Assembly (NCBI GenBank): GCA_043822705.1
Contig: JBDRBK010000082.1
Span: 34,565-98,564, forward strand
Direction of reading: 5' to 3'
Source of the DNA: Fidelibacterota bacterium
GTDB taxonomy: Bacteria; Fidelibacterota; Marinisomatia; Marinisomatales; TCS56
DNA length: 64,000 nt
The position numbers were made by a program, and so were the translations under genes. The first letter of the stretch is position 1. Every line of letters begins with the position of its first letter. The notes below the pieces were generated by a model, which worked only from the letters and a program-made list of their open reading frames with translations, was not told the DNA's origin and did not search any database. Shown in pieces: positions 21,001-30,523 of this stretch.

Positions 21001-21185
21001 TGATTGTCCAGAATCTGGCGAATCCGGGCTTTGGTCTGATCGGCGGTATTGGAACTGCTGATATACTCCCAGGTAACGACCCAGGTGGAACGGAATTCGG
21101 TATTTCCGGTCTGGGCTGCGACCGGCAGGATCAGGGCGGCGGACAGCAGTCCGGCAATTATATATTTTGTCATCTGGCTTTCCAT
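18069..21185 (-). CDS. GHL10 (YddW/DigH-like) glycoside hydrolase + Ig-like + CBM-like + T9SS CTD
   Basis: [63 protein letters not shown]; start 21185 or 21173. Confidence 0.88.
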   Translation of the reverse strand: [1038 protein letters not shown]

Positions 21186-21482
21186 AATAATGTGTTGGGA
21201 GAAATCGGATATTAAATCACTGATCTGGCGTCTGAATTTATACCCGCTGGACGAGCGGAACCTATGTTTTTACGCACATTGGGGGTCGCTTGGATATCCG
21301 GTATTGCCGCTTTAACCTTTACAACTGCCGCTATTAATTTCAGGGACTGGAATGGTACGATTTTCGGAAACAAATCTGGCCAGTAACGAATTTAATCACT
21401 GGTTAAACTATTCGGGTGTTTGACAGATCGCAGTGACTGACTGGACCGTCGAAACAGAGACATACTTATAAGGAATTGTAAA

Positions 21483-23342
21483 ATGCCAAGAAAAAAGTCA
21501 AATATTCAGGAATATGAATACAAAGCCGAGATGAAGCAACTGCTGCATCTGATCGTCCATTCGCTGTACACGCATCCGGAAGTATTTTTACGGGAGTTGA
21601 TATCCAACGCTTCCGACGCCCTGAACAAGGTGCGCTTTCGGCTGTTGACTGACAGCAACGTCGTCGATCCCGACGCGGAACTGAAAATCACGCTGACATT
21701 GGATTCCAAACACCACACGTTCAGTATCGAAGACACCGGCATCGGCATGACCGAAACCAATTTGCGCGAGGAAATTGGTACGGTGGCCAGTTCCGGTACG
21801 CTGGAATATCTGGAAAAACTGAAGGCCGAAGGTAAATCGCTGGAAGGCGACCTGATCGGTCAGTTCGGCGTCGGTTTCTACTCGGTATTCATGGTGACCG
21901 ATGAGGTGACGATCGAAACCCGCCAGGCCGATCCGGATTCGTCGGCCTACCGTTGGCAGTCGGATGGACAGGGGAAATATACAATCGAGGAGATCGACCG
22001 CCCGACCCGCGGCACGAAAATTTCCTTCAAACTGAAAAAGGACTACCAGGAATTCGCCGAAGAGTGGCGCGTAAAGAATATCATCGATAAATATTCAACT
22101 TTCGTGGAATTCCCGATTCTGATCGGCAGTGAACGTCTCAGCCGCGTTGGTGCCTTGTGGCAACAGCCCAAGGAAAACATCAGTGACGAGCAGCTTACGG
22201 AATTTTACAAGTATATTGCCAATGATTCCAAGCCGCCCCTGGGGCATCTGCACCTGGCGCTGGAAGGGAAAGTTAATTTCAAGGCATTGATTTTTCTGCC
22301 GCAGGCCGCGCCGCCGTTTTTCATGCGGGACCGCGAAGAAAAAACGCTGAACCTGTATGCCAATAAAATCTTCATCCAGGATGATGCCAAGGAATTGCTG
22401 CCGGAATACCTGCGATTTTTAAAAGGTGTGGTGGATACGGAAGACCTGCCACTAAATGTATCCCGGGAGGTCACTCAGTCCAGTCCGGTTATGCAGAAGA
22501 TCAACCAGGTAGTCGTCAGTAAAGTATTGGGTTTGCTCGGTGACTGGGCCAAAAAGGATCGCGGCAAGTATGAGAAATTCTACAAGGAATTCGGCCAGTA
22601 TCTGAAAATCGGACTGAATATGGATTTTTCCAACCGCGATAAATTGATCGATCTGCTGCGGTTTGAAACTACCAAATCCGAGGCCGGCGAATATGTTTCC
22701 CTGCGGGAATATGTCGATCGGATGACGGATGCTCAGAAGGAAATATACTACCTGACTGGGGAGGACCGTTCCACCGTGTTGCGGAATCCCAATCTGGAAT
22801 ATTTCAAGAAGAATCAGATTGAAGTGCTGCTGCTGAGCGATCCCTACGATATCATGACCATCCCGGCCATCGGCGAATATGATAAGAAGAAGCTGGTGTC
22901 GATTGAAAAATCCGATCTGGACCTGAAGACCGAAGACAGCAGTACCGCCGAAGCCCTGAGCCCGGACCTGTCCCGGCCGCTGCTGGAAGTGTTCAAGGAA
23001 ACCTTAGGCGACCGGGTCGAGGATGTGATCGAGTCAAAACGTCTGGTCAATTCAGCGGCCACCCTAGTGACCGGCAAAGACGCCTTGGACGCTCAAATGG
23101 AACGAATGATGAAAATGATGGACCAGAATTACACCGCCCAGAAGAAAATTCTGGAGATCAATACCAGCCACCCGCTGATCCGGAACCTGGCCCGGATTAA
23201 TCTTGGTGACAGCAAAGACCCGGTCCTGCGGAAGAGCATTCTGCAACTGTTCGAAGGTGCATTACTGATCAGCGGTAATCTGGAGACGCCCACCGATTTT
23301 GTAGAACGGATGACCGAATTGATGACTCAGGCAACTAAATAA
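21483..23342 (+). CDS. htpG: Molecular chaperone HtpG (Hsp90)
   Basis: FLRELISNASDA, DTGIGM, IGQFGVGFYS, DLPLNVSRE. Confidence 0.97.
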   Translation: MPRKKSNIQEYEYKAEMKQLLHLIVHSLYTHPEVFLRELISNASDALNKVRFRLLTDSNVVDPDAELKITLTLDSKHHTFSIEDTGIGMTETNLREEIGTVASSGTLEYLEKLKAEGKSLEGDLIGQFGVGFYSVFMVTDEVTIETRQADPDSSAYRWQSDGQGKYTIEEIDRPTRGTKISFKLKKDYQEFAEEWRVKNIIDKYSTFVEFPILIGSERLSRVGALWQQPKENISDEQLTEFYKYIANDSKPPLGHLHLALEGKVNFKALIFLPQAAPPFFMRDREEKTLNLYANKIFIQDDAKELLPEYLRFLKGVVDTEDLPLNVSREVTQSSPVMQKINQVVVSKVLGLLGDWAKKDRGKYEKFYKEFGQYLKIGLNMDFSNRDKLIDLLRFETTKSEAGEYVSLREYVDRMTDAQKEIYYLTGEDRSTVLRNPNLEYFKKNQIEVLLLSDPYDIMTIPAIGEYDKKKLVSIEKSDLDLKTEDSSTAEALSPDLSRPLLEVFKETLGDRVEDVIESKRLVNSAATLVTGKDALDAQMERMMKMMDQNYTAQKKILEINTSHPLIRNLARINLGDSKDPVLRKSILQLFEGALLISGNLETPTDFVERMTELMTQATK

Positions 23343-23467
23343 GGCAGCAGAAATACCTGGGAGTACTGGTTTGTGCCAGTACTCCTGGAAAAAAGGTGAC
23401 TCAATCAAGTGTCACTAATTGCTGCCCTGAGTTCAAATAATGTGTAATTTTGCTGGCTCCAATGGAC

Positions 23468-23482
23468 GATTGTATTACAATC
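23468..23482. promoter_or_regulatory. Palindromic putative operator upstream of the gap operon
   Basis: GATTGTA-T-TACAATC perfect 7-1-7 palindrome 27 bp before the ATG. Confidence 0.35.
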
Positions 23483-23509
23483 ACAAGCAAATGAAATGGC
23501 AGGTAGATT

Positions 23510-24525
23510 ATGAGTAAACCAGTGAAAATTGGATTAGTCGGGTTTGGCCGGATCGGACGCAATCTGTATCGGATTGGGTATAATAATCCCAATTATCAGT
23601 TTGTCGCCATCAGCGATATCGGCCAGCCTGAAGCACTTCACTATCTTCTCATGCGCGATTCCGTGCACGGACCAATGCCGGAAAAGGCCATATTAGAAGA
23701 TAACCATCTGATTCTGGGAGCGCAGAAATCCCGGATTCTCAAGGGTGGCAATCCCGGCGACATTCCCTGGGATGCATATGACGTTGATGTCGTGATTGAC
23801 GCCACCGGCAAATTTCGGGAAAGAGCCGTTCTGCAGAAACATCTGGATGAAGGGGCCAAGCGCGTAATTATAACCGTACCGCCAATAGACGAAATCGATC
23901 GGATAGTGGTGGTCGGCGTTAACGAGAAAGATATATCAATCAACGACAAGCTGGTTACGTGTACTTCGTCCACGGTTCATGTTTTGGCGCTGATGCTGAA
24001 AATCCTGGATGCCGAATACGGGGTCCGGCGCGCCATGATGACCACCGTTCACGCCTATACATCCGATCAGCCTCTGGCCGATACGGCCCATTCGGACCTG
24101 CGCCGCAGCCGCTCGGCGGTTGAGAATATCATTCCCAACCAGACCTGGGCGCCGGGCATCGTGGAAAAAATCCTGCCCAAGTTCAAAGGCAAGCTGGATG
24201 GCATCGCCTTCAATGTTCCGGTCGCTGATGGCTCCTGCATCGATCTGACCGCCGAACTGGATAAAGTGCCGACCATCGATGAACTGAACGCCGCCGTCAA
24301 GTGTGCTTCGCTGGGCGAATTGGCCGGTATCGTCGGCTACACCGACGATCCGATCGTTTCCGGTGACGTCATCGGTATCCGCGAAACGCTGATCCACGAC
24401 GCCAGGGCCACTATGGTCATCAACAATAAACTGGTCAAGACGGTCAGTTGGTTCGATAACGGCTGGGGCTATTCCAAGCGGATTCTGGAAACCATCGATG
24501 CCTACCAGCGTCTGGAGGTGAAATC

Positions 24526-24529
<4 letters not shown>
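23510..24529 (+). CDS. GAPDH-family paralogue lacking the catalytic cysteine
   Basis: GFGRIGR, TTVHAYT, WFDNGWGYS present; SNASCTTNC replaced by TCTSSTVHV. Confidence 0.9.
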
Positions 24530-25527
<998 letters not shown>

Positions 25528-25554
25528 GCCGGAACGACAAGATAATCGACTTGG

Positions 25555-25584
25555 AAAGAGGCTGCCACTGGCGGCCTCTTTTTA
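25555..25584. terminator. Bidirectional terminator
   Basis: AAAGAGGCTGCC-ACT-GGCGGCCTCTTTTT between convergent genes. Confidence 0.8.
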
Positions 25585-27534
25585 TATCAGTAATTCTGGC
25601 AGGTCGCGGTAGAGGTCCAGCGCCGCGGGATTGGCCAGGGCGTCGCGGTTGATCACATCCTGGCCGGCGATAATCTGTTTGACGGCGATTTCCACTTTCT
25701 TACCATTGATCGTATAAGGGATATCGGCTGTTTCCAGAATTTTAGCCGGCACGTGGCGGGGACTGCAACCGCTGCGGATGGCGCTTCGCAGCGTCCGTTC
25801 CAGTTCTTCGTCCAGCCGGTAGCCGGCGGCCAGTTTCACGAACAGGATCACCCGTTCGTCAGCCTGCCAGGGCTGACCAACCACCAGACTGTCGGTCACG
25901 CCCGGCACCTGCTCCACCAAGCGGTAGATTTCCGAGCTGCCGATCCGCACGCCGCCGGGATTGAGCGTGGCGTCGCTGCGGCCCAACATGGTCACCCCGC
26001 CGTGCTCGCTGATGATGATATAATCGCCGTGGTGCCAGACGCCGGGGTAGCTTTCGAAATAGGCCGACCGGTATTTCGATCCATCGGGATCGTTCCAGAA
26101 ACGGACCGGCATCGACGGGAACGGTTTGCGGCAGACCAGCTCGCCGCGCCGGCCGATCAGCGGCTGCCCTGCCGCATCGAAGGCGGCCACGTCCATGCCC
26201 AGTCCCCGACACTGGATTTCGCCGCGGTGGACCGGCAGGGTGGGGTTGCCCAGCACGAAGCAGGAGATGATATCGGTTCCGCCGGCGATCGAGCTGAGCA
26301 TTACGTCATTCTTGATATCCCGGTAAACATAATCGAAGCATTCCGGTGCCAGCGGCGAGCCGGTGGACAGGATCGCCCGCAACCGTTCCAGTTTGAAGTG
26401 CTGACGGGGCCGGATTCCCGCCGCCTGGCAACTGGCCAGATATTTGGCGCTGGTGCCGAAGACGGTAATCCCCAGCCGCTCGGTCATCTCCCACAGGTAG
26501 TTGCCGTCGGGGTGGAAGGGCGAACCGTCGTACAGTACCACCGTGGCGCCCACCGCCAGTGACGACATCAGCCAGTTCCACATCATCCAGCCGCAGGTTG
26601 TGAAATAGAAGATCGTATCATCGCGGGTCAGGTCGGTGTGCAGGCGCAGTTCCTTCAAATGCTGCAACAGGGTGCCGCCGGCGCCGTGGACGATCGACTT
26701 CGGCAGGCCGGTCGTGCCCGAAGAATACATGATATACAGGGGGTGATCGAAAGGTAATTGCTGAAAAACCAGCTCCGCTGCCGGTGCGCCGGCCAGAAAA
26801 TCATTGTAATTGACGGCCTTTTCAATGGCGGTCAGATCGGGCCGGGGACTCAGGTAGGGGTAAACCACCACTTTCTCCAGATCGGGCAGGCTGGCGACGA
26901 TTTTTTCCAGTTTGGCGAGAGTGGGGAATTCCCGGCCATTGTAATAATAACCATCGGCGGCAAATAAAACTTTCGGTGCGATCTGGCTGAAGCGGTCCAG
27001 GACGCCCTTGCTGCCAAAATCCGGTGATGATGAGCTCCAGACCGCCCCGATCGCGGCCGCCGCCAGCATCGCTGTGACGGCGAAGGGCAGATTGGACACG
27101 AAGCCGGCGACCCGGTCCCCGGCCACGACCCCCTGCGCCCGCAGGGCGGTGGCCAGCCGGGCGACTTCGCCGTATAGTTCGCGATAGCTGATTGAATGGG
27201 GCGCACGGTCTTCACCCTGGAATATCAGTGCCGGCCGGTCATCGCGGTAGTGTAGCAGGTTTTCGGCGAAATTGAGCCGGGTGCCGGCGAACCAGGCGGC
27301 TCCGGGCATCCGCGTTGGATCGTCCACGATAGTCGCAGGCGGTGCCGAATGAATGATGTCGAAATAGTCCCAGGCGGCCGACCAGAAATCGGCAATATTG
27401 TTAACCGACCAGGCGTGCAGTTCGGCGTAATCGCCGCAGTCCACCCGGTAGCGGGCGTTGATCCGCCGGCGGAAATGATCCAGTTGCGTGGCCTGGGCCG
27501 CGGTGGCGGACGGCGTCCATAATGGTGTTGACAT
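25582..27534 (-). CDS. Acetoacetate--CoA ligase
   Basis: YIMYSSGTTGLPKSIVH, FTTCGWMMWNW, GRSDATLNPGGVRIG, NGKKVE. Confidence 0.95.
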   Translation of the reverse strand: MSTPLWTPSATAAQATQLDHFRRRINARYRVDCGDYAELHAWSVNNIADFWSAAWDYFDIIHSAPPATIVDDPTRMPGAAWFAGTRLNFAENLLHYRDDRPALIFQGEDRAPHSISYRELYGEVARLATALRAQGVVAGDRVAGFVSNLPFAVTAMLAAAAIGAVWSSSSPDFGSKGVLDRFSQIAPKVLFAADGYYYNGREFPTLAKLEKIVASLPDLEKVVVYPYLSPRPDLTAIEKAVNYNDFLAGAPAAELVFQQLPFDHPLYIMYSSGTTGLPKSIVHGAGGTLLQHLKELRLHTDLTRDDTIFYFTTCGWMMWNWLMSSLAVGATVVLYDGSPFHPDGNYLWEMTERLGITVFGTSAKYLASCQAAGIRPRQHFKLERLRAILSTGSPLAPECFDYVYRDIKNDVMLSSIAGGTDIISCFVLGNPTLPVHRGEIQCRGLGMDVAAFDAAGQPLIGRRGELVCRKPFPSMPVRFWNDPDGSKYRSAYFESYPGVWHHGDYIIISEHGGVTMLGRSDATLNPGGVRIGSSEIYRLVEQVPGVTDSLVVGQPWQADERVILFVKLAAGYRLDEELERTLRSAIRSGCSPRHVPAKILETADIPYTINGKKVEIAVKQIIAGQDVINRDALANPAALDLYRDLPELLI

Positions 27535-27553
27535 ATGCTGATCCCCTCCTTAA

Positions 27554-27598
27554 AAAATACACAACCCGGCCGGATATAGTCACGCGCTTATTGCCGGG
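27554..27598. repeat. 45-bp direct repeat, copy 1 (upstream of acetoacetate-CoA ligase)
   Basis: 39/45 identical to 28787-28831 by manual alignment. Confidence 0.8.
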
Positions 27599-27609
27599 TC
27601 CGTGGCAGG

Positions 27610-28692
27610 CTAACGGTCCTTTTTATAGTGTTTCATTACAGACTTAACATATTTGCCAAACTGTTTATCCTTGCGCCTTTTTTCAAGGTAGGACATTTCA
27701 TTGAAGGTTGCTTCCCGGTTCATTTTAATATAATTCTGATATCGTTGCTCTGACAGTTGACCGTTTTCCACGGCGCTTAAAACCGCGCAGCCTTGCTCAT
27801 TCACATGCTTGCAGTCGTTGAATCGACAATTATCCGCCAGTGCGGCGATTTCCGGAAAGGTTTCAGCGAGGCCTGAATCTACCGAGAAATTACCCAGTTC
27901 CCGCATCCCCGGCGTATCCACCAGCATTGCGCCGCCGGCTAATTTTAGCAGTTGCCGGGAAGTAGTGGCGTGCCTGCCCCGGCTGTCTTTTTCACGAATA
28001 GTTTTTGTTTTAAACAGGGATTCACCCACAAGATTATTCAGCAGGGTCGTCTTGCCGACGCCGGAAGAACCCAACAGGCAGAAAGTATGTCCGGGGACCA
28101 GCAGGTCGTGGACGATTTTCAGGTCGGATTGAATATTATTGCTGAATGCCCGTACCGGCAGCTGGGGCATCAGTCTATCAATTTCATCGATCCGATCAGC
28201 TATCGCTTCCGGCTTGAGCAGATCGCTTTTACTCAATAAAACCACCGGTCGGATATTGCTTTCATTGACCATAACCAGGTAGCGCTCGAGGCGCCGGAGA
28301 TTGAAATTATCGTCCAGGGACTGGATGATAAAGGCCGTATCGATATTAGCGGCGATCAATTGAAAATCGACTTTTTTGCCCGGCGTCTTTCTTTTGAGCA
28401 GCGACTTGCGAGGCAATATCTCATGAATTATCGAAAAGGTGTTCTGATCATAATAATTGGCCAGTACCCAGTCGCCGATGGTTGGGTAATCAAGCGGCGA
28501 ATCGGCGCTGAATAGTATTTTCCCGACCAGCTCTGCGTTGACATCGGACGCGCCATTGTTGATCGTATAGCTGTCCTTATGGACGGCCACCACCCGCGCG
28601 ATTTCAAACCCGGCCAGTCGCTCAGGATCGACATTATCCCGGAACCATTGATCAAAGCCGAGTTGTTCAATTTCCACTGGTAGGTTGTTCAT
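27610..28692 (-). CDS. rsgA: Ribosome small subunit-dependent GTPase A
   Basis: Circularly permuted GTPase: LSKSD, GSSGVGKTT, GRHATT, DTPGMRE, CRFNDCKH..GC Zn finger. Confidence 0.95.
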   Translation of the reverse strand: MNNLPVEIEQLGFDQWFRDNVDPERLAGFEIARVVAVHKDSYTINNGASDVNAELVGKILFSADSPLDYPTIGDWVLANYYDQNTFSIIHEILPRKSLLKRKTPGKKVDFQLIAANIDTAFIIQSLDDNFNLRRLERYLVMVNESNIRPVVLLSKSDLLKPEAIADRIDEIDRLMPQLPVRAFSNNIQSDLKIVHDLLVPGHTFCLLGSSGVGKTTLLNNLVGESLFKTKTIREKDSRGRHATTSRQLLKLAGGAMLVDTPGMRELGNFSVDSGLAETFPEIAALADNCRFNDCKHVNEQGCAVLSAVENGQLSEQRYQNYIKMNREATFNEMSYLEKRRKDKQFGKYVKSVMKHYKKDR

Positions 28693-28786
28693 GGATAACC
28701 GTAAGGGTGTTTGTATTCTGATTCGTAGTGATCGTTGATCAGCAGATTGCTATAATGATTGCGTTATTCGCTGATTTCTTCCTCGG

Positions 28787-28831
28787 AAAATTAACAATCC
28801 GGCCGAATATTGTCATGCGCTTATTGCCGGG
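28787..28831. repeat. 45-bp direct repeat, copy 2 (upstream of rsgA)
   Basis: 39/45 identical to 27554-27598. Confidence 0.8.
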
Positions 28832-28841
28832 GTTGCTTATA

Positions 28842-29063
28842 CACCTGGGGAAGGGCATATCCCCGCTGTACTATTGTCCGGTTCACCTAGGGAAGGGCAT
28901 ATCCCCGCTGTACTATTGTCCGGTTCACCTGGGGAAGGGCATATCCCCGCTGTACTATTGTCCGGTACATCTGGGGACGGGCATATCCCTGCTGTACCAT
29001 TGTCCGGTCCACCAGGGGAAGGGCATATCCCTGCTGTACTATTGTCCGGTCCATCTGGGGAAG
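28842..29063. repeat. 42-bp tandem repeat, 5 copies plus a partial sixth
   Basis: Unit CACCTGGGGAAGGGCATATCCCCGCTGTACTATTGTCCGGTT starting at 28842, 28884, 28926, 28968, 29010, 29052. Confidence 0.95.
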
Positions 29064-29276
29064 CCGTTCCCCGATATGGATTATTCCTTTCCCCGGATAT
29101 TTCAGGCTATATTTCGTTCGAGTCACTTTTTGCGAATAGTAACTAATTGCCAAGCGTGGCCGCCGGGTAATCGGTTCCGCGATTAATAATCCGCTGCTGA
29201 TGATTTATATCATGCAATATTCATTCTGTGTTAAATTTTCCATCTGTGATTTGGTTAATAAAACTCAATTGGTGAC

Positions 29277-30488
29277 ATGATGAAAATAGCCTTTTTAACC
29301 GCCGGCGGAATCGCCCCCTGCCTGTCCGCCTCGATCGGCGCCCTGATCCAGAAATACAACCAACTGGCCCCGGAGGCCGAACTGATCGGCTACCTGAACG
29401 GCTACCAGGGCCTGCTGCTGGGTAAAAGCATTGTTTTCAGTCAGGCCGTAAAGGATAACGCCGGAATCCTGCTGCAGTACGGCGGCAGCCCGATCGGCAA
29501 CAGCCGGGTCAAGCTAACCAATGTCAAGGATTGCGAAAAACGGGGATTGATCAAGGCCGGAGAAAATCCGCTGGAAGTGGCCGCCCGGCAACTGGTAAAA
29601 GATAGCGTCGACGTGCTGCATACAATCGGTGGCGACGACACCAACACCATGGCCGCCGCCCTGTCCGAATACCTGTCCGGAAACAATTACAACTTGACCG
29701 TCGTCGGCATGCCGAAAACGGTGGATAACGACGTCTTCCCGCTGACCCAGACCCTGGGCGCCTGGACCGCCGCCGAGCAGGGCGCGGTTTTTTTCAATAA
29801 CGTGGCCAACGAAAACACCACCAGCACGCGCCAGTTGATCATTCATGAAGTCATGGGCCGCAATTGCGGCTGGCTGACCGCCGCCACCGCCCGCGATTAC
29901 CGAGATATCCTTGATCGGAAAGCCTTTCTGCCGGAGATCCTGATCGACCGCGCCCGCTGGGACATCGATGCGGTCTACCTGCCGGAAATGGAAATCGACC
30001 TGGCCGCCGAAGCCGCCCGCCTGCGTAAGCGCATGGATGAGAAGGACGGGATCAATATTTTCCTGAGTGAGGGCGCCGGGATCGACAGCATCGTGGCCGA
30101 GTTCGAAGCAGCCGGCGAAACCGTAGCCCGGGACGCTTTCGGGCATGTCAAACTGGATTTCATCAATCCCGGCAAATGGTTCGCCAAACAGTTCGCCGAC
30201 CGGCTGGGAGCCGAGAAGACGCTGGTGCAGAAATCCGGCTACTTCGCCCGCTCCGCCGCCCCCAACGCCCGCGACCTGGACCTGATTCAACGCTCGGCGA
30301 CACTGGCGGCCGAAGCCGCGCTGACCGGGAAGAGCGGTCTGGCCGGACTGGACATGGATAAAAACGGCACTCTGAGCCTGATCGATTTCAGCCGCATCGC
30401 CGGTGGCAAACCATTCGACATCGACACTGACTGGTTCCGGCAGATGCTGGCGGAGATCGGTCAACCGTTGGGAAAAATATTGGAATAA
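29277..30488 (+). CDS. pfp: Pyrophosphate--fructose-6-phosphate 1-phosphotransferase (PPi-PFK)
   Basis: TAGGIAPCL, IGGDDTN (PPi-type Asp), PKTVDND, EVMGRNCG, QKSGYFARS. Confidence 0.92.
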   Translation: MMKIAFLTAGGIAPCLSASIGALIQKYNQLAPEAELIGYLNGYQGLLLGKSIVFSQAVKDNAGILLQYGGSPIGNSRVKLTNVKDCEKRGLIKAGENPLEVAARQLVKDSVDVLHTIGGDDTNTMAAALSEYLSGNNYNLTVVGMPKTVDNDVFPLTQTLGAWTAAEQGAVFFNNVANENTTSTRQLIIHEVMGRNCGWLTAATARDYRDILDRKAFLPEILIDRARWDIDAVYLPEMEIDLAAEAARLRKRMDEKDGINIFLSEGAGIDSIVAEFEAAGETVARDAFGHVKLDFINPGKWFAKQFADRLGAEKTLVQKSGYFARSAAPNARDLDLIQRSATLAAEAALTGKSGLAGLDMDKNGTLSLIDFSRIAGGKPFDIDTDWFRQMLAEIGQPLGKILE

Positions 30489-30523
30489 TTATTCAACAAC
30501 CGGTATATTAATAGAGGACCATT

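Noticed and set aside
21186..21482. CIRCE/CtsR heat-shock operator upstream of htpG
   Set aside because: No TTAGCACTC-N9-GAGTGCTAA or clear CtsR heptad repeat seen
23360..23385. Intrinsic terminator after htpG (GGAGTACTGG/CCAGTACTCC)
   Set aside because: A good stem but no U tract on the plus strand; function unclear
28842..29063. CRISPR array
   Set aside because: Units are contiguous near-identical 42-mers with no unique spacers, and there are no cas genes in the window
29514..30464. Long antisense ORFs (this one, 25753-26562, 56940-57791, 45342-46097 and others)
   Set aside because: Shadow frames of well-supported GC-rich genes with no protein motifs
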